NCBI GenBank assembly: GCA_027858295.1
Contig: JAQICZ010000014.1
Span: 1,293 to 65,292 of the forward strand
Reading direction: 5' to 3'
Length of the DNA: 64,000 nt
Source: Nanobdellota archaeon
Lineage (GTDB): Archaea; Nanobdellota; Nanobdellia; Pacearchaeales; GW2011-AR1
How positions within the stretch are numbered: the stretch's first letter is position 1; each line of letters starts with the position of its first letter. Below the pieces are notes generated by a model. That model did no database searches, had not been told where the DNA came from, and was given only the letters and a program-made list of their open reading frames with translations. Shown here one piece after another: positions 55,501-60,829 of this stretch. The position numbers and the translations under genes were made by a program.

Positions 55501-55886
55501 TTTTCAACCGTTATACTTTCTCCCCCTACCGCCGAACTATTCATCAAACTTCCAACTTCAACAATATCCTCCTCTCCGTCTTCCAACCCCTTATCACTTC
55601 CATTAAAATCCCCTGCAGAATCTAACGGGTGGATGGGTGGGGCACTGGGATTACTACCCTCAACTTCCAAAATAGAATTATCTGTTACTGGCCCATCTAC
55701 TATCAATCCATCACTAGCACCAACAACTTGTAACTCAATAATTGAATTATCAAAAATCTCCCCTCCCGCCCCAGCAAAAGCTAAGTTCGACATAAACAAT
55801 ACATATATCAAAACACATCCAATTATTGAATGCCAATTTTCCCTTTTCATTTTCCCCATATTTAATCTGATTTTCGAAAAAAACAA
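37527..55886 (-). CDS. Giant surface protein, 6119 aa. The track uses a TTG start at 55886, but the ATG at 55859 or 55850 is more likely.
   Basis: Single uninterrupted ORF with signal anchor IIGCVLIYVLFMSNLAFA. The N-terminal head is paralogous to that of the 4849-aa protein. Four super-repeats are each marked by CSLYG(D/S)W.G.W. There are three DUF2341 modules and a C-terminal FN3-like domain. Confidence 0.9.
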   Translation of the reverse strand: MFFSKIRLNMGKMKRENWHSIIGCVLIYVLFMSNLAFAGAGGEIFDNSIIELQVVGASDGLIVDGPVTDNSILEVEGSNPSAPPIHPLDSAGDFNGSDKGLEDGEEDIVEVGSLMNSSAVGGESITVENDSDVLDKVNESITESNDSSEQVGNESVGAENNSFSSVINESTIALDNLTKKENSSANVSFDFSAGEQVGNVFENETVNNSLEEIFEEEDFTVEIVQGAAEVGQPVRWTKKVYNEGKKVNVKIPKEGKEISYKESDTGTYIATSKKSLSLRSLSVEEVRDIPEVEEVEQGHIEVVYETAAPNKEEKILKNGKEVLVYSEEHYTNVIVSTEIDEALNVRDKREVVINWVEEGVKIQSEKLEDRDENGIYDYVSWDVPHLSNQTFQIIVINLAEHLDVNRNYIEDIYSQVEDLDGVYSPTINDGEFVRITFERELDKTKDITIYPKVINGTPWVEVYEKDGEVMITKFDLLKDDVGNKIYLSGLLGVQDTYDLKVVNGSVQFDYIVDPTATYNSTFGAPYCSVGDSPCVAPTSLLIAKANMGGTAEPNSPNTVDACTDGTSAGTYASDESVENITVTNLGRATFEVGDTIQADIWVYCYGATDNVNVVYSDNAQSPIWTIVGPAFTCAGAGYELVTRNIVLSSRVGDHVVRGVMQYNGNAADTCGNTQTWSDTDDLAFQVLPNAAPSVPTGLTCNGGSCDVVIDGNVQLNCSGSVDPEGDVVTYMVNDTNGNIGSHTGGSSFVWDTSLAPETTGVNFTCEAIDFWGSDSSLGNYTLQSGLTIDHTNPMADFASGTLNDGSVVNANSIFVNISIIEDNFENITFELYDGTGVLNSDTFTDSTRSVTWNGLLSKLYFYNVTVYDKAGHLNVTTTRNITIDTVNPSATLSTPTSNKHSSKRNQNLTADVSDALGLKRAALSIFNSSGSLINTTTVLVSGVVATVGIVYNFVSDGVYSWFYRVSDLADNVYDTTNNTITIDTIPSTIVLKSILNNSGDVDGVMSFKYNVSDVLSSIKNCSLIINNNYVLNDTIVSKGVAESLDYSGLPIGHYNFSVVCYDEAENFAQSEIRFFDVVGVNSFSGNTTDFSTVDLNDVSKFVLENPSYGKISYNQNLNLTGGVDFDSLVVIGEEQVGVNSLVEERMNRSATIEMYNLNYQFVPKVLKDGVICQDCQINSYAGGVLIFNVSSFSTYTLGANSKLQVSDTTEFKTVYPLDNVSFYANYSNLTTGQAIDTASCNISFEDEKVEMVYNASSYLFEYNRNFSTYGAYNYNVSCLGSAFGYEDLKTLNTIVVNFEDLGGSDKLGYQTQSGLYNFVGTDEFIPLDFVVDINSSFVLSQNKGNQENTTAGTSGDPATTSDTSFVSLYLYNSTHIRAQRGNAADGPVVVSWQVLEAMNGEFSVQREVHSYSGTAATTTATIPTPVNVANSMSWFYISTTYTGNNGDLIQFYSDITDANTITFTRGNSGTALNVDFRWVVVSWDIDKINNFAKGYTGAISGPDTAPDCFSIGKTINKSTSILFHQSNSLHLNTGGLDSSTRAGYIQDDNFVCFYDFDGINDAGVKWYVIDLSGATQREEGIHTDWASADYVDDVVFLSSFSRNRSLFFVSGTSNGDGTAKPRHTEWSGFNGGDPVTGIHIERTYGGQNREYAWQVLELPYDENLDAPVFSNPRVNSSFVGLNDIARFSIDVADGTDSIASVNGTVNGGSNGFVSGAGNEWYYDFTCLTDDANVDLTIADAIDDGYPLRYNLTLIGGVATACDAAGPVITFISPDTPLNDTQIGESYFSVNVSVVDANFKNVTFSLYDEMGLMVDNGRFTDTTRGYVFTGLSSGDYYYNVSAYDLSGQLGVSETRKINVDSENPLISFSGVTLADGLIVSGDTITAEVNVVEPNEANITFYLYDSSFNLASTPVAYTDKRRVLPWVLLADGLYYYNVTVYDIYGHSNSTETRTVTLDNGLPIVSYGEGVEADDSYFARNYIYVNVSYVEDNFENITFILSNQSSVISSQTFVDGTKSFNFTGLDDLEYYYNVTVYDKAGNLGNPATRKITLDNSAPVVDFGVLTEADNNNVSHNWVFVDGVVTEPYFSNVTFGLFDNFGNEVVSQTFSDSTRSFNFSGLSTGFYEYNISSYDKAGNLGNSVTRRIGVDVSGPSINIISPQAKAYGNGTNLLLNYSVTDLIAGVNTCWYNVNGGANATTDCLGSSAITVEDGQHTVYFYANDTFGNLGTKQVTFLVSTAGPAVTLNEPANDTVYSVQTLFDFNYSAVDPDGLDYCSLYGDWRGGWHLNQTLKIVAPWYNSSWEKRKTITIDSGSVQSSLTDFPFLVELYDEGLHDFTRSDGADILFTFSDGTTKLSYEMESFNQTYNSTHAHLVAWVKVNLSSVSDMKLFMYYNNSNAINQEDSAGVWNSNYSAVWHMTEINIQDSTANANDGTATSMDSTNVIGARIGSGINFVGSSTDYITTADTPVDFVDDFTISTWMQTTDASGDWAKIIDKLGRWTTGYGIGSKVNAYGFVGYWVSGWGGDPAASFGTVNDGSWHLITSVVEGGVARVYSDGILINTYSAGAGSTITTNDYPLTLGKSANTDSYWTGVLDEVQISSTPRSADWIATSYQNQESPESFYTVSSEEIFEVVKFSLNLDSEGNYKWNVKCNDSLSFIGTAIANYSVSLDLTNPIVDFGVGTLNDGIRVSQGSLYVDALVVETNLKNITFDLYKAGVNVGSQTYSDSTRNYTFTGLSDGIYKYNITVYDKAGRIGNSSTRSVEFDTTKPTGVSNTPGDGYFTKNPTQNLTATIVDSVELKDAMLYIYNSTGNVVFTSLVSLIGMSSATIGVVYTFLYDDVFSWFYRVRDSVDNEYNTTANSIEIDNTAPVITFIAATENDGVVKLQDNIFVNTSMYEKNYKNMTFGLFNDEGIVSPSPNTFSDGTRQINWTNLADDVYYYNVSSYDLAGNVGYSPTRSIILDNIAPMVSFTGATKVNDSVISGTSITVEVSVVEVNEANITFALYDSFGTLAKPLTTSLNGRRNVNWTLIPEGIYYYNVTVVDDVNLKGSTITRKITLDNTAPVVSFSAGTENDSGNKSQNWIYVNTSVVENNFKNITLRLFDNSMSEVSSMIFTDSTRAYNFTGVANGVYYYNVTVYDLAGQKGDTTTRKISLDTVKPVVNFVSPTESDLVVRNRDWIYVNTSVVEASFKEIKFSLYDSDGFNDEAVFTDSTRGYNFTSVSDGNYKYNVTVSDWAGNVANTSTRSIGLDGSGPIVNLIKPKSKTYGYNTSLPLEHTVSDTVSSVDACWWNLDGGTNQTIVCNTATIFDASVAPHTINFYANDTFGNLGFDSVSFFISVTGPAVELLAPANDTFYGSAQDINFSFVANDPDSVDTCSLYGDWAGAWNEKQVYSGDWFDVGYSHRQEVVLTNIGASTLTDFPAYLNISSDHTTSGDYNDLRFFSGTCDSAGAALSYEIEDYSESNGNIWVKISSFGVGENTICMYYGNSDAESDEDALSVWSSAYTSVYHLDQTSGVAYDSLGNWDAEDGITPDSNMNIAGVVGGADYFDGSDYLGTNPEWNVDGAHTYCTWAKFSVGHFGTILEDGGLTDGTGMGVTSTGEFRYAEMYNGVANFLDSGTSYSDNSWHYVCGGHTGSVQFLYVDGELSNSATQGDGLSGTDDARIGSANSANPVFNDNTAHGLIGSLDEIKVSSIDRSGDWINQSYQQVANSADTTTFLSEETFIAFSVGISSEGAYSWNVKCNDTIGYSSFGLDNYIFIMDVTSPVVLFGAGTKVNNSIVGKDWVSFDANVIENNFKNITFSLYDENGLTVDSRQFTDNTRVVNFTGLSSGDYRYNITVYDRAEHFGYSQTRYINLDLSPPTGILASPVNGGYVNNLLQNLTGAFADSTGLLNATLYVFNETGSLIYTSYQNLLGATSATVGLVFTFLKEGIYSWFYKVEDNVGNVYNTANNTLTVDTTKPLIDYSLGVENSGLVFGRENVYVNVTYNEIYFDNLTFRLYDSLGLLFENSFNDGTKEIDWALLPDGFYEYNVTAYDLAGNSNTTETRNITFDNLNPVVDFGAGTKVDGAYGAGDTVYVDTVVTEANEANITFNLYNATGFNVKKNTFSDGRRSISWNLLSEGTYYYNVTVVDKVSHKTSTSTRSIILDNTLPVITYAFGTENNDTSFARDWVYFNVNLVESNFKNVTLTLSNESSIVSSQSFSDTTREYNWTSLSDGTYYYNATTYDKAGNKASTLTRVLVLDNVAPIVDFGVGTLADGINNTDNWIYVNASVVEGNFNNITFRLFDRLMSEVSSKTFTNTTRDFNFTGLASAVYYYNISVSDKAGVVGNTTLRKSGLDYVGPVISLINPKAKAYGYNLSLPLDYVVTDAIVGNDVCWYNLDNGVNTTVSCSGPSNFNTSDGQHTLHFYANDTLGNMNYENVTFLISTTGPAIQLLKPADNVFYSSAQSVVFNYTAEDPDGAVACSLYGDWNGGWHLNQTTDVGWWNSGYSKRKMINITNLDSVVINKGYSMMLTMDTTGSDFKTNGEDVRIVYVEGSTSLELDRHNETAFNNVNTEIWFSIQASIAGFGSDGNYYVYYNNPTATNPPQNESNVFSVYDDFNDGTISNEWTSYNIQTGVGSTTEAGGLLAVSGQGADIWGAEDDQRLVSQPLNGDFIAEAELSSTTWATNAWGKASLIVKDAATQGTNYAMVGDTMGNGMGFQWNYAGNVIGAATSGPTLFRLIKSGSIISSYYSVDGGDTWNQLGVNQDIGVTDPVEIGFSSTSHTTTDFITAYWDFIKVRQLLLVEPTYLAGSEETFVSPLFYLNLSEEGTHYWNVECNDTKGYYTWAVSNYSITFDVTNPVVDFGLNTLVDNINISQNFIYVNSSIVENNYKNITFRLFDESRIEVTSKFFNDSTRDYTFTNLADGTYYYNMTVYDKADRSDYSPTRKIMLDTKAPTGSLSSPDSGVITNNANQNLTGNFADENGLAGVMLYIFNSTGFVYSSPISLGGTLSATVGVVYDFLVDGIYDWFYQAEDSVANLYNTTNNSITIDTTLPVVTFVNPTENSGVYMSQDFIYLNTTVNEINYNNITFNLFDSSANSVSINSFSNSKRDINWTLLPNDEYLYNVTVWDKAGNVNSSETRNITLDTLLPVVNYAGGVEVDSANKSESWVYVNTTVVDTNFANMTFILSNDTSIITSQTFSNGTREINWTGLVDGSYYYNVTVYDKAGHGVSLNTRRINLDTTLPVLSYTVNTEADGYVVERDWIFVETAILENNFKEIRYGLYDGNGLVNETVYNTPVTSINFTASSENKTYQYNVSAYDFAGNVRSVVTRNISLIDVTNPRLILESPQSTNYSYANGIRISYDAIDVHLDKCWYNLDGEVNITLPNCFDTSINVDDFSSHTLELYANDTMGYLNNTSATFFVNSSLIFTPTYRVISGTSYVDGYQEEAVDQIDMSKSFILHTARGGDKGADTLNVLSKFLDVNTIAFENYISGEPVFVEWNLVVGPNISVQRGELDFGSESYIDTSINAVNLSSSFIIVNSRVNSPRSAQNIDGMFSAEFLDDTTIRFSRGVNGSSGELSFQVVDWADISVQSGSLELGVGNSVNNAIINGVDLTKSFLVFSNNINGSNVVDSSMIRGGFETNNNISFERVGTAGNVSINYFVLESDLFDVQSGDYAHLVSTAEQDVSLGSDLINSSRAFNLNSHYNDGSATDYSTSSLTQKIKNNNTLALQKGANAGAGMSTWFAVEMRDLNAPAVELTSPTNSYNFSTYFIPSFGYSFADESSMSNCSLYGSWNGGWHLNQTVYYEVDFASVNVGVGGFYNWTVECYDIYGNLGMTANNTFGAFLPPTRPAFTNITQSANNGTGDIFIDWNASVDALTYRIYAGSDMGALSMIAETANTNYTDTTFVGQRRRFYKVEAWNPSSANISTETYGAHVYTLNHNVVSPVGSITNRNWISFPTNFTSISNANESLGKITGITSISRLDTATQKQVSCNEFSCPESFSCTDTACNFDLKAGEGYEVIMNTSGPVSINWSGVGIVNSPVWVDLVYDESGTRFNKNWIGMTASTVITSASELRASIDFEDAISGWDSASQDSLGQICYPFGPCIGRNFEVNMEEGFEVSMTEDYAWLQQ
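41540..42440 (-). other. DUF2341 plus a different ConA-like (DUF1349-like) jelly-roll, module number 3 of the 6119-aa protein (approximate bounds).
   Basis: WWNSGYSKRKMINITN...YYVYYNN, then DDFNDGTISNEWTSYN..GGLLAVSGQGADIWG..DFIAEAEL..WGKASLIVKD..FRLIKSG..YYSVDGGDTW. Confidence 0.55.
44770..45700 (-). other. DUF2341 plus LamG module number 2 of the 6119-aa protein (approximate bounds).
   Basis: GYSHRQEVVLTNIGAS..FPAYLNIS..DLRFFSG..LSYEIEDYS..IWVKIS..ICMYYGN..VWSSAYTSVYHL, ending in DRSGDWINQSYQQ. Confidence 0.7.
48040..49006 (-). other. DUF2341 plus LamG module number 1 of the 6119-aa protein (approximate bounds).
   Basis: WYNSSWEKRKTITID..FPFLVEL..ILFTFSDG..LSYEMESFN..VAWVKV..LFMYYNN..VWNSNYSAVWHM, ending in PRSADWIATSYQNQ. 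Confidence 0.7.
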
Positions 55887-55977
55887 CAGATTTTGCTGCC
55901 AACTTTCCCATCACCTCTGAAAACTAGAATAAGATAAATCAGAGTGCCTTATCTTAATATTTCAGCGCTTTTTCCGT

Positions 55978-57171
55978 TTATATAGATTTATATCCTCCAT
56001 CTTTATCGTCGTTAAAACCCTTATTACTACTCTGATTCAATGACACATTTTTGTTGTACTCTTTTATTGATTTTATATCAAAAGCACTATCCATTGAGTC
56101 CGAAAAGAACTCCTCTTCCGTCTTTGATTTTGCAAGCAACATCATACCCCAAATTACAAAAACAGCACCAAAGATTATAGTACTTATCACCAGATTGTCT
56201 GAAAGCCCCAAAGCTCCCAAATCTCTTGATATCGCAGATAAATTAAACCCAATCATCAAAAGACCAATCTCCTTCAAGAACTTTCCACCCAAAAACAGTA
56301 ATACTACCGCAAGTAAAAGTGGTAGCAAAATTCCCCCTAGTGTTACCATCGGAGTAACCTTCCCATCGGCACATAAAATCTCTGTATGAAATAATCCCCC
56401 CTCATACACAATCTTCTGATAATCACAATCATAAAACTTAGAGGTTGAAAGATGTCCTAATTCATGAATAGCGACGGTTCCAATAAAAACAAAATTTGCA
56501 AGAATTATAATAAAAGCCAAATGACTAAACAATTTAACCATATATGATTTTCCTACACTCATTTTAACATCTACTGGTATAGAATAAACTTTCAAATCAC
56601 AAATAAGCAAATATAAAAAAAAGAAAAAAAGAATCACTGACGCAATTGTAAGCATATAAAAGTTCCCGAAACCCGCCATAAAAAGAACTACGAGCAACAA
56701 TGAAACAGCAGAATAAACAATCCCAAATAATCCAACTCTACGATAAACATCTGCTCTAATTGAAAATTCTGTAAACAAAATAATACTAAACAAAAAAGAA
56801 TCAACAATAAACAACAGTACAGAAGTATGCGCTACTAAAAAAAGCAAAGGAATTGAAATTAAATACAATGCCAACAAATAATACAACTTCTTATTTTTTG
56901 AGAACATGTAAGACACCTTAAATAAAACACCATTCTGTATCAATAAAAGGATTGCAAACATCACTGAATAATCTGCAAAGGAATATTTCAAATAATCAAA
57001 AAACCAAAAAAAAGAAAGCACCGAGACAACCAAATAACAAAAAGCCGCAACCGCCAGATATCTAACTGCCCTCAAGGCAGAATTTTCATTATAATGAACA
57101 AATAATTTTACCAGCAAGAAAATAAAAATAGCTAAGCTAATAATCCCACCAATCAAAAACATAAAATTCAT
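55978..57171 (-). CDS. Polytopic membrane protein with HExxH in a hydrophobic segment. Possible S2P/M50-like intramembrane metalloprotease.
   Basis: It has about 10 hydrophobic segments. It carries GTVAIHELGHL and a later FNLSAISRDLG, which loosely resembles the M50 motif FNLLP..PLDGG. Confidence 0.45.
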   Translation of the reverse strand: MNFMFLIGGIISLAIFIFLLVKLFVHYNENSALRAVRYLAVAAFCYLVVSVLSFFWFFDYLKYSFADYSVMFAILLLIQNGVLFKVSYMFSKNKKLYYLLALYLISIPLLFLVAHTSVLLFIVDSFLFSIILFTEFSIRADVYRRVGLFGIVYSAVSLLLVVLFMAGFGNFYMLTIASVILFFFFLYLLICDLKVYSIPVDVKMSVGKSYMVKLFSHLAFIIILANFVFIGTVAIHELGHLSTSKFYDCDYQKIVYEGGLFHTEILCADGKVTPMVTLGGILLPLLLAVVLLFLGGKFLKEIGLLMIGFNLSAISRDLGALGLSDNLVISTIIFGAVFVIWGMMLLAKSKTEEEFFSDSMDSAFDIKSIKEYNKNVSLNQSSNKGFNDDKDGGYKSI

Positions 57172-57247
57172 GTTAATGCCACCTTTACTTTGTATTTCTG
57201 TCTATTTGCCTTATCTAAAGACCAATAACTAATAACTAATAATTTAT

Positions 57248-58438
57248 TCATACACTCATCACCGCCCCAAAAACAATATTTCCCTCACATACCCCCCCCA
57301 CCTTTTCAGGGACATAAACTCTCCAATATGTTGATTTATATGCATCCTCGAATAAATCGTTCTGTCTATATTGCAAATTAAAATTATTCGTAAAAATATT
57401 ACTAGTCAAATTGTTGTAGTTGATCTCGAACTCCCCAAGTGTTAAATCCCCAAAAATTGAAGAAGCTAAATTATACTTTTCATAATAAACTGGCAAATTA
57501 TTACCAGTAGAACAATTCATAGCAAGGTTATCTCCGGGTGTTGATCCATACCCATACAAATTCAAATCAACCTCGACATTCCCTCGATTAAGGATAACGA
57601 CTTCAGACTCATTAGAGACTTCCTGGCTAGACAAGTTTCCAAATGAAATAGCCTCTTGAATTTCCAAAGATAGTAAAGGATTAACATTTACATCATCAAT
57701 TCCAGAGCCTGTACTGGATGGATCGTCAACTCTCATCTGACAATTCCAATTTCCAACATTAGCATAATACCAGACATCAAAAGAACAGGTAATCTTAGAC
57801 TGATTTTCATCTCCATAACTATTATTGATTTCACAACTTGAATTTGAATAATGTTTATTATTGTCATTTGTATCTCCAATAAAGGAATTTGAAGTATCAT
57901 AAAATTCAGCAACAGCATTGCTTAAGACTTGTCCTTCATACTCACGAGCAACTCCCTCACAAACAACTTCCCTCGTGAAATTCGTAGCTAAATCTATTTC
58001 ATTTACAGTTAAATTGAAAGAATCATCGACCAAAACAAATTCAAATTCCGGAGCAACATTCAAAGTTAAATTGGGAGCAATATTATATCCGGCTCCAGTA
58101 ACTAATACATTTACAGCACTAGACAACATCTCTCCAGTCGCTTCAAACACACCCACACTTAAAACATCGCCTACTATACAAGGTGTTGCAAGCATTTCAC
58201 AATCAATCAAATAAAAATCATCGGTATAAGAATTACCATTCGGACCAACAACATCACTTGCATTATCGAGCCCATCACTTGTAAAATTCCATAAAGTAAC
58301 AACCTTATTATTTGCACTCCCAGTCCCACTTCCCCCATCAACATACCCAGTAATCCAATGCGCAGAACTCACCATCGGTAAAATAAACAAGAAACTAATA
58401 ACTAATAACCAACAACCAATAACTAGCTTACTTCCCAT
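57248..58438 (-). CDS. Family B secreted protein.
   Basis: The start is placed at MGSKLVIGCWLLVISFLFILPMVSSA (ATG at 58438), preceded by GGGGGATTTTAAGA. The C-terminus is TYWRVYVPEKVGGVCEGNIVFG. Confidence 0.75.
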   Translation of the reverse strand: MGSKLVIGCWLLVISFLFILPMVSSAHWITGYVDGGSGTGSANNKVVTLWNFTSDGLDNASDVVGPNGNSYTDDFYLIDCEMLATPCIVGDVLSVGVFEATGEMLSSAVNVLVTGAGYNIAPNLTLNVAPEFEFVLVDDSFNLTVNEIDLATNFTREVVCEGVAREYEGQVLSNAVAEFYDTSNSFIGDTNDNNKHYSNSSCEINNSYGDENQSKITCSFDVWYYANVGNWNCQMRVDDPSSTGSGIDDVNVNPLLSLEIQEAISFGNLSSQEVSNESEVVILNRGNVEVDLNLYGYGSTPGDNLAMNCSTGNNLPVYYEKYNLASSIFGDLTLGEFEINYNNLTSNIFTNNFNLQYRQNDLFEDAYKSTYWRVYVPEKVGGVCEGNIVFGAVMSV

Positions 58439-58676
58439 TCTTAAAATCCCCCATACAAAATTTCGTAAAAACTTTCCCAAGGGTTTTTACCTGGCTGAAA
58501 TTTTGGCACGCCATATTACCAAAACGAATGGCCGGGATTTTACTTCCCATCCTTAAAATCCCCCATACAAAATTTCGTCAAAAACTTTTCAAAGGGTTTT
58601 TGACCTGCCTGAAATTTTGGCACCCATATACCCAAGCGAATGGTCGGGATTTTACTTCCCATTCTTAAAATCCCCC
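58425..58676 (-). repeat. Tandem 112-bp upstream modules: two full units plus flanking partial copies. Each ends in GGGGGATTTTAAG(A/G)ATGGGAAGTAA.
   Basis: ATG triplets lie at 58438, 58550 and 58662, an exact 112-nt spacing. I estimate about 88% identity between the units. Confidence 0.9.
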
Positions 58677-60829
58677 TTAACCTGCTCAAACAAAGGTAAA
58701 ATCCTTTCTTTAACAGAAGGCGACAACAAATTAAATTGTTTCTCTAACTTTCCAAACAAGACAGCATCCTTTGTTTTCCTGAATTTCTCAAGACCAGCTT
58801 CAATCTCTGAAATCAATATTCCATTATACAAATGCTCGGTCTTCGAATATAACTGATTCCTTTCTTTCCCAGCCAACCTAGCATAACTCATCTTAACCTT
58901 AGAATACATTTCTTTTGCTTTCTTAATTTCACCCGAATCCAACAAATCTTGCGCCTCAGTAATTCTATTTGTTGCCCTAAAATAATCATCAGATAAGCTT
59001 CCATTTCTAAAATAGACAAAATAAATAATCAGCACAACTAAAAGAATGGCCCCAAAGATTCCGAGATAGCCTTGACTCGAAGAGTTAAAGACAGAGAACC
59101 CAGTGATGCTACCACTATCAGAATCTTCTTTTACAACTTTAATAAAACTAAATTCAATCTCTTCCAAATCCGCAAAATTAGTAACCTTAGACAAAACATA
59201 AGAAATTGCCTTAGTATCAGTAGCAAATGAAATAACATTATCACTAACTAAATTGTAATTCCTATTATTCACCTCTATTCCTTCTGCAATTGATGAATCC
59301 AAAACTTCCATAAAATAAGCATCTTCTATACCTTCCAGCTTTGAGTTCAAACTACGCTTCACAATTGAGAACTTTTTACTAGAACTGTCCAGATTTAGAA
59401 CCTCAACATTATAAAATTCACTCTCAACAACCAAAGGTGTCTCTTTCAAAATAGCAGCCGTTTCCTTCATGCTTTTTTCCAGATCTTTTTCGCTAATAAC
59501 TTCATCAATTTCCAGAATTGATTTTCTTTGCTTTTCTTCACTTAATTCCTCTCTTCTTTTTTTCTCGTCTAAAATTGTTAAATACTCAGGAACCCCTTTT
59601 TCAATAACTCCAAGTCTAACTCTAGAAGATTCAATTTTTTTCTCCAAATCTTCTCGTGTTAAATCTTGATCCTTCAGATTCAAAGAACTAATTCTAATAC
59701 TTTCAATTTCCTTTTTTGCATTTTCAATTTCCTTATCAAGTCCCAACAACTTAAACAACATATCCTCAGACTCACTAAAACCCCCAACTGCATCAACCCT
59801 TTCAACCAGATTATCAATTTCAGATAAGAAAGAATCAACTTTCCCCCTAAGCTGCGGATTCAATCCACTATTCAAATCAGCATCATCAAACAAACTAATC
59901 CCTTCGACCTCTCTAGACATGCTTCCTTCATTCCCGGCATCATCCACTGCAGAAACTCTATAATAATAAGTTGTCCCATCTTCTACAGAAGTATCAACAA
60001 AATCCGTATCATCTGTTTCCTCATAATAATCCATATAATCTTCATTTGAAAGTTCAGATCGATAAATTCTATAATCACTAGCATCTTCTACCGGCTCCCA
60101 ATCTAATTCAATCCTACCTTCCTTACTAATTGCTTTGATTTCCGCAACCAATCTCGGCTCAACAAAATCATATGAGAAATAAGCACCCTCAACAACATCA
60201 GTCCCCAATCTTCCCTCTAAATCATTCGCTCTAAACTTAAATGACAAAACACCTTCTTCTAAATTATCAGGCATAACAATCTTTCCTATCCAACTCATTC
60301 CAGCGCCTGTTACAACCAGGTCATTATAACTAACACCATTAAAAGAATATTGAACTATCGGAATACTCGAAACATATTTAGAAGTCTCCACCCCCACTTC
60401 AAGTTCATTATCATTTATGGGCTCTGACTTATCCAAATGAATTTTAGCTGAAATTAAAGAATTAACTCTCAAAGCTACCTCAAATTCTTCAGGATCAGGG
60501 TCATTATCATCAACTTTACATTTTATATAATAATAATATGTTCCATCCTCCAAATCATAGAAACTCTTTTCGTGGCTCGTTCCACCATTCACATCAAATA
60601 AATTAGACATAATACTATAACTATCTCCTGAATCCATCGAGTATCTACAGATTGTTCTATTGTCTGTTGTAATTTTCATCATTGCAGAATTATAGTCAAC
60701 AGTTCTCTCAAAATATCCACCTTCATCAAAATTATAATGTATTGTAAATGACTGATCCTTAGCACTCCCAAAAGCCAAAGTCGCAACTAACAAAAATACC
60801 AAGATCATTATTGATCCTATCCTTCTCAT
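58652..60829 (-). CDS. Type I membrane protein, 725 aa: signal peptide, beta domains, FN3-like domain, coiled coil, TM helix and helical cytoplasmic tail.
   Basis: Signal peptide MILVFLLVATLAFGSA. The FN3-like segment is IELDWEPVEDASDYRIYRS...TYYYRVSAVDDAGNEG. The TM helix is LGIFGAILLVVLIIYFVYF. Confidence 0.75.
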   Translation of the reverse strand: MRRIGSIMILVFLLVATLAFGSAKDQSFTIHYNFDEGGYFERTVDYNSAMMKITTDNRTICRYSMDSGDSYSIMSNLFDVNGGTSHEKSFYDLEDGTYYYYIKCKVDDNDPDPEEFEVALRVNSLISAKIHLDKSEPINDNELEVGVETSKYVSSIPIVQYSFNGVSYNDLVVTGAGMSWIGKIVMPDNLEEGVLSFKFRANDLEGRLGTDVVEGAYFSYDFVEPRLVAEIKAISKEGRIELDWEPVEDASDYRIYRSELSNEDYMDYYEETDDTDFVDTSVEDGTTYYYRVSAVDDAGNEGSMSREVEGISLFDDADLNSGLNPQLRGKVDSFLSEIDNLVERVDAVGGFSESEDMLFKLLGLDKEIENAKKEIESIRISSLNLKDQDLTREDLEKKIESSRVRLGVIEKGVPEYLTILDEKKRREELSEEKQRKSILEIDEVISEKDLEKSMKETAAILKETPLVVESEFYNVEVLNLDSSSKKFSIVKRSLNSKLEGIEDAYFMEVLDSSIAEGIEVNNRNYNLVSDNVISFATDTKAISYVLSKVTNFADLEEIEFSFIKVVKEDSDSGSITGFSVFNSSSQGYLGIFGAILLVVLIIYFVYFRNGSLSDDYFRATNRITEAQDLLDSGEIKKAKEMYSKVKMSYARLAGKERNQLYSKTEHLYNGILISEIEAGLEKFRKTKDAVLFGKLEKQFNLLSPSVKERILPLFEQVKGDFKNGK

